52,586 nucleotides of DNA from Pirellulales bacterium (GCA_040901675.1 JBBDYJ010000004.1:1-52586), one strand, 5' to 3'. Numbered from the stretch's first letter, positions 22,468-32,885 are shown. The notes: generated by a model not told the origin, from the sequence alone. Translations and numbers: made by a program.

Positions 22468-23535
22468 TCAGTTGGGGGAGCCATCTTCCTTGTTCAGGTG
22501 ACGCCGCAGATAGCGGGCCCGCTCGATGTTGCGGTCGGCCGTGTCGAGCTCCGACCCGCTGAGCTTCTGCAGGTGGGCCGGCTGGGTGTGGATGAACAGC
22601 TTGTTGAGCGTGGGAATCTCCAGGCCCGGAATCAGCCCCAGGTTCACTCCCATCCGCACGCTGGACAAGAGGTGCATCGTCTCCTCGGAGCTGATCGTCT
22701 GGGCGGTCCGCAGGATGCCGTAAGCCCGGCTCACCCGGTCGTGCAGGTTCTCGTGCTTCTCCCGGATCAAGAAATCGCGGGCCTTCCGCTCGTAATCGAT
22801 GATCGCCGGCACCACGTCGCCCACCTGCTTGACCAGGTCCTCCTCGCCGCGGCCCAGCGTGATCTGGTTGCTGATCTGGTAAAAATCGCCCATGGCCTGC
22901 GAGCCCTCGCCGTACAGGCCGCGCACCGCCAGGCTGATCTTCTGCAGCGAGCGGAACAGCTTGTCGATCTGCCGGGTGATCACCAGCGCCGGCAGGTGGA
23001 GCATCACGCTCACCCGCATCCCGGTGCCGACGTTGGTGGGGCAGGCCGTCAGGTAGCCCAAACGGTCGCTGAAGGCGTAGGTGACCTGGGCCTCGACCAG
23101 ATCGTCGATCTGGTCGATGCGCTGCCAGGCGGCCTGCAAGTCGAAGCCGCTGTGCATGACCTGGATCCGCAGATGGTCCTCCTCGTTGATCATCAGGCTG
23201 ACGCGCTCCTGGCGATCGATGGCCACGCCGCGGGCGCCCTCGCTGTCGGCGTGCTCGCGACTGATCAGTTGCCGCTCCACGAGGAACTGGCGATCGATGC
23301 CTTCGAGCTTGTTGACGTGCACGTACGTCAGCTCGGAAGCGGCGGGAACCTGCAGGATGCGGTCGTGGAGGGTCCGCTCGATCTCGGCGCGGTCGGCGCC
23401 ATTGGCTCGGCTGATGAAGGGGAAGTCGGCCAGGTTCCGGGCCAGGCGGATGCGGCTGCTGATGACAATATCGGATTCCGGCCCCGAGCCGCGAAGCCAC
23501 TCACCGCTGGTCCTTGCTAGCTCTTCTAGTTCCAC
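22468..23535 (-). CDS. mcsB: Protein arginine kinase McsB
   Basis: SSRIRLARN, INEEDHLRIQ, GYLTACPTNVGTG.R.SV.LHLP, RG.YGEG, QISNQ.TLG. Confidence 0.96.
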   Translation of the reverse strand: MELEELARTSGEWLRGSGPESDIVISSRIRLARNLADFPFISRANGADRAEIERTLHDRILQVPAASELTYVHVNKLEGIDRQFLVERQLISREHADSEGARGVAIDRQERVSLMINEEDHLRIQVMHSGFDLQAAWQRIDQIDDLVEAQVTYAFSDRLGYLTACPTNVGTGMRVSVMLHLPALVITRQIDKLFRSLQKISLAVRGLYGEGSQAMGDFYQISNQITLGRGEEDLVKQVGDVVPAIIDYERKARDFLIREKHENLHDRVSRAYGILRTAQTISSEETMHLLSSVRMGVNLGLIPGLEIPTLNKLFIHTQPAHLQKLSGSELDTADRNIERARYLRRHLNKEDGSPN

Positions 23536-23662
23536 AGTGGTTCCAGTCCGCGGTGCCTTAGTTCACAAATGTCTTGTAGAGCCCGCCGTTTCCAGGATCG
23601 CCGTTTCGAGGCATCACCGTTTCAACGCATGGTTCTCCGCGTCCGGCCCCCGTGCCGGGGCA

Positions 23663-24163
23663 CTAGGAGGGGCTTTCGATCTGCCGGATCTCGTCGCGCA
23701 GTTGCGAGGCCCGCTCGTAGTCTTCTCCCAGGATCGCTTCTTTCATCTCGCGCCTCAGCCGGATGAGTGCCGTCTGCCGGTCGGTGCTGGTGGGCGACCT
23801 TTTGGGCCGCTTCCCCTTGTGTTCGCTCTCGCCGTGGATGTTCACGATCAGCGGATCGAGCTCCTTCTGGAAGCAGACGTAGTCGTGGGGGCAGCCGAGA
23901 CGTCCCTGGTTGCGGAACTCGTAGAAGGTGATGCCGCAAATCGGGCAGGCCTGCTGGTCGAGGCGGGCCAGCTCCTCGGCGGTGCCGCCGACCAGGTGCT
24001 GCGCCAGCGCGCCGGCCAGGTTCGAGGCCGTGGTCTGTTCGGTCTCCGACTCCGTGAGGTATTCCCTGGCGTGGTCCTCGCAGAGATGCAGCTCCTGCGG
24101 CTTGCCACCGGTCAGTTCGGTGATGTGAAAGGTGGCCGTTTTGTCGCACTTATGGCACTTCAT
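23663..24163 (-). CDS. mcsA: McsA (UvrB/UvrC-motif activator of McsB)
   Basis: MKCHKC, HLCEDHA, CPICG, GRLGCPHDY, H.GK.P, EDYE.A..LRD.I. Confidence 0.93.
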   Translation of the reverse strand: MKCHKCDKTATFHITELTGGKPQELHLCEDHAREYLTESETEQTTASNLAGALAQHLVGGTAEELARLDQQACPICGITFYEFRNQGRLGCPHDYVCFQKELDPLIVNIHGESEHKGKRPKRSPTSTDRQTALIRLRREMKEAILGEDYERASQLRDEIRQIESPS

Positions 24164-24311
24164 CGCAGATTGCCTTGCCGGCGCGTGGGATCCTAGGTGC
24201 AAACCAGTTGCTTCAACTATAGCCTGCCCGCTCCGTGCGGCGTCAGGCAGGGTGCAAGGGCTCCGGCACGGACGCTAGCGCGACTGGCAGTTCGCTAAAA
24301 CCGCTGCGGGA

Positions 24312-24339
24312 ATTCTATCAGTGCCCCCCTGGGTGTCAA
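24312..24339 (-). promoter_or_regulatory. Near-consensus sigma70 promoter for mcsA-mcsB
   Basis: Minus strand TTGACA-N16-TAGAAT with extended -10 TG. Confidence 0.7.
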
Positions 24340-24520
24340 TCCTGAGCGGTGCTGGCCAGCGCGCCGTAAGCCCCACGTATAAAAACGGATAGAGCGCAAA
24401 CCCGCGCCGCCCGCTGAGCCCGCCGCCGTGCGTTGCCGGCCGGCCGGATGGCTGTTAAGCTGACCCGGCCGGTTCCGCGCGGGGCGGAAACGGACGACCG
24501 CCTGCCGGCGCCCGCTTGCC

Positions 24521-26017
24521 ATGAGCCATCACCCCAGCTTTGACACCTTCAGCCGGTTGGCGCCGGGAATCGATCTGGTGCCCGTATATCGCCGCCTGGC
24601 CAGCGACACGCTGACGCCGGTGACCGCCTTCGACAAGATCGACGCCGGAAGTTGGGCCTGCCTCTTCGAGAGCGTCATCGGCGGCGAAAAGGTGGGCCGC
24701 TACAGTTTCCTCGCCTCCGAGCCATTCCTGGAGCTCGAGGCAAGGGACCGCCTGGTCAGCACGGCCGGCGGGCAGGAGGGCCCCAGCGAGTTCGAGTCGG
24801 ACGACCCGCTGGCGGAGCTGAAACAGCGGCTGGGGCGGTTGCGCGCGGCCAGGCTGCCGGAGTTGCCGCCGTTTTGCGGCGGGGCGGTGGGTTACGCCGG
24901 CTACGACACCGTCCGGTACACCGAACATCTGCCCAACCCGCCGCCCGACGACCGGCAGTTGCCGGACCTGGGCTTTGCCTTCTTCGACCGGATGGTCGTC
25001 TTCGACAACGTAACCAAGACGATGACCGTCGTGGCGCTGGCCAACGTGGGCGGCGGAGCCGATCTTCCTCAGTCGTACGCTCGAGCCTGCCGCCGGGTCG
25101 ACGAGCTGGTCGATCGCTTGGCCGCGCCCGGCGGGACGCTGCGGCCGGCCGACATCGACACCCTTGGCGATCCGCGGATCGGGTATACGTCGAACTTCGG
25201 GCGGGAAGAGTTCGAGGCGGCCGTGCGGAAGTGCCTGGAGTACATCCGGGCCGGCGACATTTTCCAGGTGGTCTTGAGCCAGCGGCTGCGGACGACGATC
25301 ACCGCGCCCCCCTTCGAGATCTACCGAACGCTGCGGGTGGTGAACCCCAGCCCCTTCATGTTCTATCTGCGCTCGCCGCGGCTGACGCTGGTGGGAAGCT
25401 CGCCGGAGATCCTGGTGCGGGTGGTCGACGGACGTGTCACGGTGCGGCCCCTGGCCGGGACGCGCCCACGGGGGAGCAGCGAGGCGGAAGACCGCAGGCT
25501 GGCCGAGGAGTTGCTGGCCGATCCCAAGGAACGCGCCGAGCACGTGATGCTGGTCGACCTGGGGCGCAACGACGTGGGCCGGGTGGCCCGCTATGGGTCG
25601 GTGCAACTGACCGACGTCATGACCATCGAGCGTTATAGCCACGTAATGCACATCACGTCGAACGTCACGGGGCAACTGGCCGAGGGGCGCGACGCCTTCG
25701 ACGCCTTGCGGGCCTGCCTGCCGGCGGGCACCGTTTCGGGCGCGCCGAAAGTGCGGGCCATGCAGATCATCGACGAGCTGGAGCCGCACCGCCGGGGGCC
25801 CTACGCCGGCGCCGTGGGGTACATCGACTTCAGCGGCAACATGGACACCTGCATCGCCCTGCGGACCATCGTGGTGCGGGGCAACCAGGCCGACGTGCAG
25901 GCGGGGGCGGGCATCGTGGCCGACAGCGTCCCCTCCCAGGAATACCAGGAGACGCTCAACAAGGCCCGGGGGCTCTTGAAGGCGATCGAGATCACCGAGC
26001 GGCGGCTGGGAGGCTAA
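24521..26017 (+). CDS. trpE: Anthranilate synthase component I
   Basis: [59 protein letters not shown]. Confidence 0.96.
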   Translation: MSHHPSFDTFSRLAPGIDLVPVYRRLASDTLTPVTAFDKIDAGSWACLFESVIGGEKVGRYSFLASEPFLELEARDRLVSTAGGQEGPSEFESDDPLAELKQRLGRLRAARLPELPPFCGGAVGYAGYDTVRYTEHLPNPPPDDRQLPDLGFAFFDRMVVFDNVTKTMTVVALANVGGGADLPQSYARACRRVDELVDRLAAPGGTLRPADIDTLGDPRIGYTSNFGREEFEAAVRKCLEYIRAGDIFQVVLSQRLRTTITAPPFEIYRTLRVVNPSPFMFYLRSPRLTLVGSSPEILVRVVDGRVTVRPLAGTRPRGSSEAEDRRLAEELLADPKERAEHVMLVDLGRNDVGRVARYGSVQLTDVMTIERYSHVMHITSNVTGQLAEGRDAFDALRACLPAGTVSGAPKVRAMQIIDELEPHRRGPYAGAVGYIDFSGNMDTCIALRTIVVRGNQADVQAGAGIVADSVPSQEYQETLNKARGLLKAIEITERRLGG

Positions 26018-26138
26018 AGGGGGCTAAGTCGCTGGCGGAACCGGTTTTCTTTTTGGCACGGCAAGTATAATGGGCGCAGCGGCCGCCGCGGCCGGGTGGG
26101 GCGGAGACGCTTGTTTTTCAGCGAAGAAAGGACCGGTA

Positions 26139-27059
26139 ATGCAACGTTGCCTGCGAATGCTGACTTTGGGGCTGGGGGTATGTGCGCTGTCGTGGGGCGG
26201 GCTGGCGGCCGGCCCGCCGGAGACCCCGCCTGACGAGAGCCAGGCCGAGAAGAGCCAGGCCGATGACAATGAGGTGCAGCTCCTCGTCCCCGACAAGTCG
26301 GATGCTTCCGACGAAAACGACAAGGCGCGGTCCGAGGTGACGGGCGACCAGCGCAGCCCGGATGCCGCGGCTGCGGAGACACGGCGGGATGAGGCCGGAG
26401 AGAGTATTCAGTTGGTCGATCCGGCCGCCAAGGATTTGCTGGAGAGAATCAGCTACGTCTTCGGCCTGGATATCGGGCAGGAGATCAAGCAGCGCGGGGT
26501 CGCGCTCGACCTCGACCTGCTGTTCCGGGGGATCAAGGACGGCATGGAGGGGACTCCGGCCGTGTCAGCGGAGGAGATCAACGTTACGAAGTCCGCCTTC
26601 GGCGCCATGCGGCTGGCCGAGCGCAAAGCGCTGGGTGAGAAGAACAAGAAGGAGGAAGAGAAGTTTCTGGCGGCCAACAGGAAAAAGCGGGGGGTCAAGG
26701 CGCTTCCCAGCGGCCTGCAGTACAGGGTGCTCAAGAGCGGCAACGGCCGATCGCCGAGGCTGACTGACAGGGTCTCGGTCCACTATCGCGGCAAGTTGAT
26801 CGATGGCACCGAGTTCGAGAATTCGTATGAAATGGGGCAACCCGTGGAATTGCCGATCCAGAGCTTCATCCCGGGCTGCAAGGAGGCCTTGCCCCTGATG
26901 CGGGAGGGGGACAAATGGGAGCTGGTCGTGCCTTCCCGACTTGCGTTCGCGGAACAAGGCGATCCGCGGAACACGGTCATCGGCCCGAATGCCGCGCTGT
27001 TGTATGAGATTGAACTGGTGGCAGTCGTCAGCGGCACAAACAGGCCAGCGGCTCAGTAG
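26139..27059 (+). CDS. FKBP-type peptidyl-prolyl isomerase (Mip/FkpA-like), secreted
   Basis: Signal peptide, SY..G..IG, LPSGLQY.VL..G.G, V.VHY.G.L.DGTEF.NS, IPG..EAL..M. Confidence 0.93.
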   Translation: MQRCLRMLTLGLGVCALSWGGLAAGPPETPPDESQAEKSQADDNEVQLLVPDKSDASDENDKARSEVTGDQRSPDAAAAETRRDEAGESIQLVDPAAKDLLERISYVFGLDIGQEIKQRGVALDLDLLFRGIKDGMEGTPAVSAEEINVTKSAFGAMRLAERKALGEKNKKEEEKFLAANRKKRGVKALPSGLQYRVLKSGNGRSPRLTDRVSVHYRGKLIDGTEFENSYEMGQPVELPIQSFIPGCKEALPLMREGDKWELVVPSRLAFAEQGDPRNTVIGPNAALLYEIELVAVVSGTNRPAAQ

Positions 27060-27127
27060 AGCGCTTGGCGAGCGGAATGGATTGAGGCGCCGCATGGCGA
27101 CGAGCGGTGCGTAATGGAGGCAAAGTG

Positions 27128-27685
27128 ATGCCCTTTTTAGGAGAAGAGCCGGCCTGCTATCCGGAGGATCTGCTGAACGGGTTCGGGGCGGACAACGGCG
27201 AGCGGCGCTGGTGGGTACTGCACACCAAGGCGCGTCAGGAAAAAAGCGTCGCCCGGCAGTTGTTGGACTTCGAGATCCCGTTTTACTTGCCGCAGGTCGA
27301 AAAGACGTCGGTCTACCGGGGACGAAAGCGGTCGGCGTTCATACCGCTGTTCACCGGCTACGTATTCTTGTACGGCACCGAGCAGGACCGGTTCCGCAGC
27401 CTGACCACCAATCGCATCGCGCAGGTGTTGAGCGTCGTGGACGAGGCGGAGCTGTACAACGACCTCAGGCAGGTCTGGCAGTTGATTGTCGCCAAGGCGC
27501 CCTTGACGGTCGAGAGCCGGCTGGAACCCGGACAGCGGGTGCGCGTGCACTCGGGCGCATTGATGGGAGTTGAAGGGACGGTCGTCTCACGGCGAAAGAA
27601 GTGCCGGCTGCTGGTGGCCGTGCACCTGCTGCAGCAGGGCGTCTCGGTGGAAATCGACGATTTCCTGCTCGAGCCACTGGACTGA
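27128..27685 (+). CDS. NusG paralog (RfaH/UpxY-type transcription antiterminator)
   Basis: WWVLHTKARQEK, PLFTGYVF, KOW motif G.RVRV.SG.L.G.EG.V. GGAGG SD. Confidence 0.9.
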   Translation: MPFLGEEPACYPEDLLNGFGADNGERRWWVLHTKARQEKSVARQLLDFEIPFYLPQVEKTSVYRGRKRSAFIPLFTGYVFLYGTEQDRFRSLTTNRIAQVLSVVDEAELYNDLRQVWQLIVAKAPLTVESRLEPGQRVRVHSGALMGVEGTVVSRRKKCRLLVAVHLLQQGVSVEIDDFLLEPLD

Positions 27686-27755
27686 AGGCAGAAGGCAGAG
27701 ACGCGCAAGCGGACTTCCTGCCGGCTGTTGCGTGTCCGTTGTCCTTCTTCCCGCG

Positions 27756-28298
27756 TCAGTAGTCCTGCGATCGGCGCGAGCTCTTGAATCGCTCGTAGGC
27801 CTGCTGGACGTCGCTCGATTCGTGCAGGGTCCCGCCGGAGTCGCCAACCGGCCGGAACAGCCGGCGCCGCAGAGCCCCTTCGTCCCCCTCGTACATGGGC
27901 GGCTCGTCGCCGGGCGATGCATCCGGATCGTACATCGGGTCGGTGCCAGGCAACGGCGGGAACGGGCCTTCGTCATGCGGCGGCGCCTGGACGCGCGGCA
28001 ATGGAACCATCTCGACCTGCTCCGGCGGCGCCGGCTCCATGAAGGGTCCGATCACCTCGCAGGGCGGGCACTCAGCCGGCCAGGGCCTCCAGCAGGTGGG
28101 GTAGTAGCCGAAGCACGTGCTGTCCGGGTAAGCCACGCAGTCGGCAACGCAGGCATAGCCACACGCCTCCCGGCGGGCCGACATGCAGCCCCCCGCCGGA
28201 ACCGCCAGCAGGGCCAGCAGCCAGAGCAGCCCCGATGCCACCGCCCGGCGGCCGGTCGTCCGTCGGTGACGAGCAATGTAGGGTATCGAGCCTTGCAT
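27756..28298 (-). CDS. Cys/Pro-rich exported hypothetical protein (possible lipoprotein)
   Basis: Hydrophobic signal ending AGGC; CFGYYPTCWRPWP motif. Confidence 0.65.
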   Translation of the reverse strand: MQGSIPYIARHRRTTGRRAVASGLLWLLALLAVPAGGCMSARREACGYACVADCVAYPDSTCFGYYPTCWRPWPAECPPCEVIGPFMEPAPPEQVEMVPLPRVQAPPHDEGPFPPLPGTDPMYDPDASPGDEPPMYEGDEGALRRRLFRPVGDSGGTLHESSDVQQAYERFKSSRRSQDY

Positions 28299-28398
28299 GG
28301 AAATCCTTTGCCAGGGCATGGGCCGCGGTGCGGGCATCCAGGACCTATCAAATGGCCTATTAAAAGCCTCCGCCGCGGCCCTCGTTCATCCAGTCCTA

Positions 28399-29748
28399 TC
28401 AAAAGCCGCCGCCGCCGCCAAAACCGCCAAACTGGTTGCCGCGGTGGAAGAAGCGGTAAAACTGCACTGACCGGCCGCCCAGCAGGGCAAAGCCGAACAC
28501 TCGCTCGGCCGGGGCCGTCAGCTTGCTGATGAACGTGTCGGCGCTCACCAGGCGGTCGGCATCCACGAACAGTCGATCGCCCGGCAAGAGCTGGTAGTTG
28601 GTGCTCGTGTTGGCGCGCTGGGTAATCCCGTGCCAATCGACGGGCAGGATCTGATCGCAGCCGGCGCCATAGGGCGCGGGCCGCGCGATCCAGATCCGCT
28701 TCGAGGAGACCGACTCCAATCCGTTGATTTGCGCGATGGCGTCCAGCACGGTTTCGTTGCCGGTGATCGGGAACCTCGCCACGCCGTCGCCCAATCCGGC
28801 GCCCGCCGTCACGATGTAATAGACCTTGCTGTTGTAGGCATAGATGTCGACGCCCACTTCCGGGTCCTCGAGGAACCTGGAAAGGTGGTCCTCGATCGCT
28901 TCGCGGGCCTGCTGCTGGCTCATGCCGGTCACGTAGACCTTGCCGTAGCTGCCCAACGTCACATGGCCGTCGGGGCCGACCAGGTGCTCGCCGGAGATCT
29001 GCTGTTCTCCGGCGGTCTGCACCAGGCTCAACGTAACCTGCGGCTCGCGCATGTACTGCCCCAGATGCCGCTCGATGGCCTCGGTCGCCTGCTCCAGCGT
29101 CATTCCGGCCACGGTCACCATCCCGTAAGGAACTCCCAGGTTGATCTGGCCGCCCGGCTCGATCGCGAAGACGCCCTGGATGCTGCCGGTGCCGGCCAGG
29201 CTGAACTGGACCACCAGCGGTTCGTTCAGCGAGTCCAGCAAGTGGGTCCGCACGGCTTCCTGGGCCTGGACCAGGGTCATGCCGGCGACCCTGACCGTGC
29301 CGTAGTCGAAGCCGAGGTTCAGAAAGCCTCCCGGGCCGACCTGGTATTCGCCGCGGATCGGCTGATCGGGAAGCGTGTTGGCAACTTCGATCGAGAGCCG
29401 GTCGAAGACGTTGATGCGGTACGTCGCGTCGGCGGCTCCACCGGCGTCCACGGCCGAAACGTTCAGCATGTCGAGCGTTTGGATCTCGTAAGGCGCCTTG
29501 GGCACCACCTTGATCGCGTCGATCCGCAAGATGTCCGGCGGTTCGATGACGTATTCAGGCAAGGAGACCTTGTTCAGCTCGCGGGGCATGTCGGCCGGCG
29601 GTGCGGGCACCATCGGATCGAGACACGTCTTGTCCGGCGCCCAGACCATGCCACCCGGCTGGGGGCACCGGCAGCCGGCCGTCGCCAGGCACAGGCCCGC
29701 CAGCACGGCGCCCATCTTGCCCAAAGCAAGCATTCGGCCCTTCCACAT
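28399..29748 (-). CDS. Polysaccharide biosynthesis/export (Wza-like) lipoprotein with repeated Poly_export domains
   Basis: Lipobox-like TAGC, Y.IEPPD.L, three (V/I).P.G...LG repeats, GNETVLDAI, NYQLLPGDRLFV. Confidence 0.88.
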   Translation of the reverse strand: MWKGRMLALGKMGAVLAGLCLATAGCRCPQPGGMVWAPDKTCLDPMVPAPPADMPRELNKVSLPEYVIEPPDILRIDAIKVVPKAPYEIQTLDMLNVSAVDAGGAADATYRINVFDRLSIEVANTLPDQPIRGEYQVGPGGFLNLGFDYGTVRVAGMTLVQAQEAVRTHLLDSLNEPLVVQFSLAGTGSIQGVFAIEPGGQINLGVPYGMVTVAGMTLEQATEAIERHLGQYMREPQVTLSLVQTAGEQQISGEHLVGPDGHVTLGSYGKVYVTGMSQQQAREAIEDHLSRFLEDPEVGVDIYAYNSKVYYIVTAGAGLGDGVARFPITGNETVLDAIAQINGLESVSSKRIWIARPAPYGAGCDQILPVDWHGITQRANTSTNYQLLPGDRLFVDADRLVSADTFISKLTAPAERVFGFALLGGRSVQFYRFFHRGNQFGGFGGGGGF

Positions 29749-29944
29749 CGGCGATCCCCCACCTTTCGGCTATCCGGTTATTAGACCAATAGCGGCGCTG
29801 GCGCCGGTGACGGCTGCTCCACCTTATTCGGTCATCGGCAAGAAAGGGTTCCGAGCTTTGGGAAGGTTTTAACGAGCTAAGCCGGATGGGGCGAAAAAAG
29901 GGGCGTTATAACCCGCCCGATTGGCGTCCTGTCCAATCTAAGCT

Positions 29945-30787
29945 CTAAGATCCAAGGTCCAAGACCCTTTCCACCGCTTCGACCAGCCCATCCTGCTCCT
30001 GGCTGCCGACGACCAGGTCCGCGGCGGCCTTCACCTCGTCCAGCGCGTTGCCCATGGCGATGCCCAGCCCGGCGGCTCGGATCATGGGGATGTCGTTCAC
30101 GTCGTCGCCGACCGCGCAGATTTCGTCGGCGCGGATGCCCCACCCGTCGGCCAGGTGGCAGATGCCCGACCACTTGGTCACGCCGGCCGGCGCGATCTCG
30201 CACATGTGCCCCAGGTACCTGGGACTGCGGAGCACGTGCGTGTAGAGCAGGCCGGGCAGTTCCCGCTCCAGCTCTCCGGCCAGCAGTAACATCTGTTCGC
30301 GCGTGCCGATCGAAAAGCCGGCGAAGATGCCTTCGGGCGGCTCGCTCATCAGTGCGGGCCACAACCGGTGGCAGCCGGGATTCAGCCGGTAGTAATCGGC
30401 CAGCTCCGCCCGCTCGACATCGATCCCGGCGCAGTAGAAATCGAACCCCTCGCTGAACGAGTCGGAGTAGAGCACCGCTTCATAACCTGCCCGCTCGATC
30501 ACGGCCAGCGTGCGGCACAGCAACTGCCGCTCGAAGTTCGCCTGGTACAGCGTGCGGTGATCGGCCGGGTGCTTGATCAGCGCGCCGCTGGCTGTGACCA
30601 GCGGCACGTCCAGCCCCAGCGGCTCCACCAGCGGCAACGCCCGGCTATACCGCCGCCCGGTGGCCAGCACGATCCGCAGCCCAGCGGCGCTGGCCCGCTT
30701 GAGCGCTTGCCGCGTCGGCTGCGACAGCTCGTCACGGCTATTGACCAGCGTACCATCGACATCAATCGCTAACAGACGATACTTCAC
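29945..30787 (-). CDS. Cof-type HAD hydrolase
   Basis: LAIDVDGTL, LATGR, K..G, AVGDDVNDIPM, AMGNA. Confidence 0.93.
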   Translation of the reverse strand: MKYRLLAIDVDGTLVNSRDELSQPTRQALKRASAAGLRIVLATGRRYSRALPLVEPLGLDVPLVTASGALIKHPADHRTLYQANFERQLLCRTLAVIERAGYEAVLYSDSFSEGFDFYCAGIDVERAELADYYRLNPGCHRLWPALMSEPPEGIFAGFSIGTREQMLLLAGELERELPGLLYTHVLRSPRYLGHMCEIAPAGVTKWSGICHLADGWGIRADEICAVGDDVNDIPMIRAAGLGIAMGNALDEVKAAADLVVGSQEQDGLVEAVERVLDLGS

Positions 30788-30833
30788 AGGCGTGGCGCGT
30801 TGACCGTGCTGCAAGTCCGCCGCAGGCGGAACC

Positions 30834-30921
30834 TCTGACCTCTGACTTCCGACCTCTGACTTCTGTCCTCTGACTTCTGTCCTCTGACTTCTGACCTCTG
30901 ACTTCTGACCTCTGTCCTCTG
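30834..30921. repeat. Heptamer tandem array (TCTGACY)n, about 12 units
   Basis: Same unit in either orientation at 16299-16322, 22117-22144, 22425-22467 and 33104-33156; related units at 14220-14245, 20021-20055 and 50610-50642. Confidence 0.9.
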
Positions 30922-30922
30922 C

Positions 30923-32761
30923 TTACTCCGCTTCCGCCATCGCCGCCAACTGCAGCGTGGCCCGGTTCTGCTCCTTCTCCAGGTACGTGCGGCCTTTCTT
31001 CACGTTCAAATGGTCCCACGGCAGCCTGGCGTCCAGCGCGTAGGGCCGGTGGGCCGTCGCTCCCACGTCGACGCCGCCGTCGGCGAGCGCCTGCCACCAC
31101 AAATCGGGCTGAAAGCACTCGCGCCAGCTATCGAGCCGCGCGCCGCGCTGCCAGGCCAGCTCGACCGCCTCGGCCACGCGCCGATCGCCCCGGCTCAGCA
31201 CGCCTTCCAGCAGGCTGGTCTCGGTGTCGTGGCACTTGACGGCCACGCTGGGCACCTGCCGCCGCCTTCGCAGGTACCGGTGCGCCCAACGGAAATACTC
31301 GCGGCTCTGCATGCCGTTCCATTGGTACGGCGTGTGCGCCTTGGGCACGAAGTTCGAAACGCTGGCCGTCACCTTGGCATAACGGCCCAGCTCCTGGCGG
31401 CCGATCCCGGCGATCGTCTCGGCCATGTCGACGATGCCGTCAAGGTCCACGGTCCGCTCGCCCGGCAGCCCGCAGAGAAAATACAGCTTCACCTGCCGCC
31501 AGCCGTGGTGAAACGCCTGCCGGCACCCCTCGTACAGGTCTTCGTTCTTGATCTTCTTGCGGATCTGCTCGCGCATGTCGTCGCGGGCCACTTCCGGCGC
31601 CAGCGTCAGCCCCCCCAGGTCGCCATACATCGACATCAAGGCGGCCACGCTCTTGAGCTGCTCGTTCACCCGCAGGCTGGGCAGCGCGATCTTGACGCCC
31701 AGAGGATGGAAAGTCTCCTGCATCCGCCGCACCAATTCCTCGAAGTGCGGGTAATCGCTGGTCGAAAGCGACAACAACGAGATCTCGCTTTGCCCCGTGT
31801 TGCGATACGACTCCAGCGCAGAGCGCACGATCGTCTCCACGCTGCGGACCCGCAATGGCCGCTTGATGACCGTGCTCTGACAGAACCGGCACTGCCAGGG
31901 GCAGCCGCGCATGATCTCGATGGCAATCCGATCGTGGATGCACTCCACGTAAGGCACCACCGGCGCGGCCGGCAGCGGGATGGCATCCAAGTCGTCGATC
32001 ACCGCCGGCTCGATCGTGCTGGGAATCCCCGGCCTGGTGGGGTGCAATCCGGCCAGGCGGCCATCCGGCCCGTACTCGGCCTCGTAGAAGCGGGGCACGT
32101 AGGCAAACGGCAGCCGCTCGGCCAGCAAGGCGAGCAGCTCCTCGCGCTGCCGCCGTCCGGCGACGGCCGAGGAGGGCGGCCCGGCGGCCCGCGCCTCTTG
32201 CTTCAGCGCCAGCCACTCGTCGCACAGCCTCGGCAAGCTCGGTTCGCCGTCGCCGGTGACGAACACGTCGACGAACGGCGCCAGCGGCTCGGGGTTCTGC
32301 GCGCACGGCCCGCCGGCGATCACCAGCGGATGTTCCAGCGTCCGCTGCTGCGACCGCAGCGGGACGCCGCCCAGATCGAGCATGGTCAACACGTTGGTAT
32401 ACGAGATTTCGTATTGCAGCGTGAACCCCAGCACGTCGAACTCGGCCAGCGGGGTGAACGTCTCCAGGCTGTACAGCGGCGTCTCGTGCCGCCGCAACTG
32501 CTCCTCCATGTCCGTCCAGGGGGTGAAGGCACGCTCGCAGGCCCAATCGCTCCGCTCGTTCATCAGCGAGTACAGCACCTGCAGGCCGTGATGGCTCATG
32601 CCCACGGTGTACGTGTCCGGGAACGCCAGGCACAGCCTGCCCGCCACGTCGGCGTGCGACTTACGCACCATGTTCAGCTCGCCCCCCACGTACTGGGCCG
32701 GCGACTGCACCGACGGCAGCAGGCGGCTGACCACGTAATCCTTCAGGCGTTGGTTGAACAC
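30923..32761 (-). CDS. TIGR03960-family B12-binding radical SAM protein
   Basis: P..YVGGE.N, LAFPD.Y.VGMS, QYE..YTN, RGCPWQCRFC (CxxxCxxC), LSLSTSDY, FVPK.HTP.QW. Confidence 0.92.
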   Translation of the reverse strand: MFNQRLKDYVVSRLLPSVQSPAQYVGGELNMVRKSHADVAGRLCLAFPDTYTVGMSHHGLQVLYSLMNERSDWACERAFTPWTDMEEQLRRHETPLYSLETFTPLAEFDVLGFTLQYEISYTNVLTMLDLGGVPLRSQQRTLEHPLVIAGGPCAQNPEPLAPFVDVFVTGDGEPSLPRLCDEWLALKQEARAAGPPSSAVAGRRQREELLALLAERLPFAYVPRFYEAEYGPDGRLAGLHPTRPGIPSTIEPAVIDDLDAIPLPAAPVVPYVECIHDRIAIEIMRGCPWQCRFCQSTVIKRPLRVRSVETIVRSALESYRNTGQSEISLLSLSTSDYPHFEELVRRMQETFHPLGVKIALPSLRVNEQLKSVAALMSMYGDLGGLTLAPEVARDDMREQIRKKIKNEDLYEGCRQAFHHGWRQVKLYFLCGLPGERTVDLDGIVDMAETIAGIGRQELGRYAKVTASVSNFVPKAHTPYQWNGMQSREYFRWAHRYLRRRRQVPSVAVKCHDTETSLLEGVLSRGDRRVAEAVELAWQRGARLDSWRECFQPDLWWQALADGGVDVGATAHRPYALDARLPWDHLNVKKGRTYLEKEQNRATLQLAAMAEAE

Positions 32762-32822
32762 GTCGGAACCTCAGGGTGACTGGTACCTTCACGATTATGG
32801 CAAACTAGCCACTTTCGAAGTA

Positions 32823-32885
32823 GGGGAGGGGGGAGGGGAGGAGAGGGGAGGGGAGGGGAGGGGAGGGGAGGGGAGGGGAGGGGAG
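32823..32885 (+). repeat. Polypurine (GGGGA)n tract
   Basis: Eight perfect GGGGA units at 32845-32884 plus degenerate units upstream. Confidence 0.9.

Noticed and set aside
24275..24298. CIRCE/CtsR operator upstream of mcsA
   Set aside because: ctagc...gctaa spans 24 nt rather than 27 and lacks the ACTC/GAGT core; no CtsR heptad repeat is seen.
32798..32825. c-di-GMP-I riboswitch (GGCAAAC)
   Set aside because: It lacks the GAAA tetraloop stem and the following GCAAAG elements.
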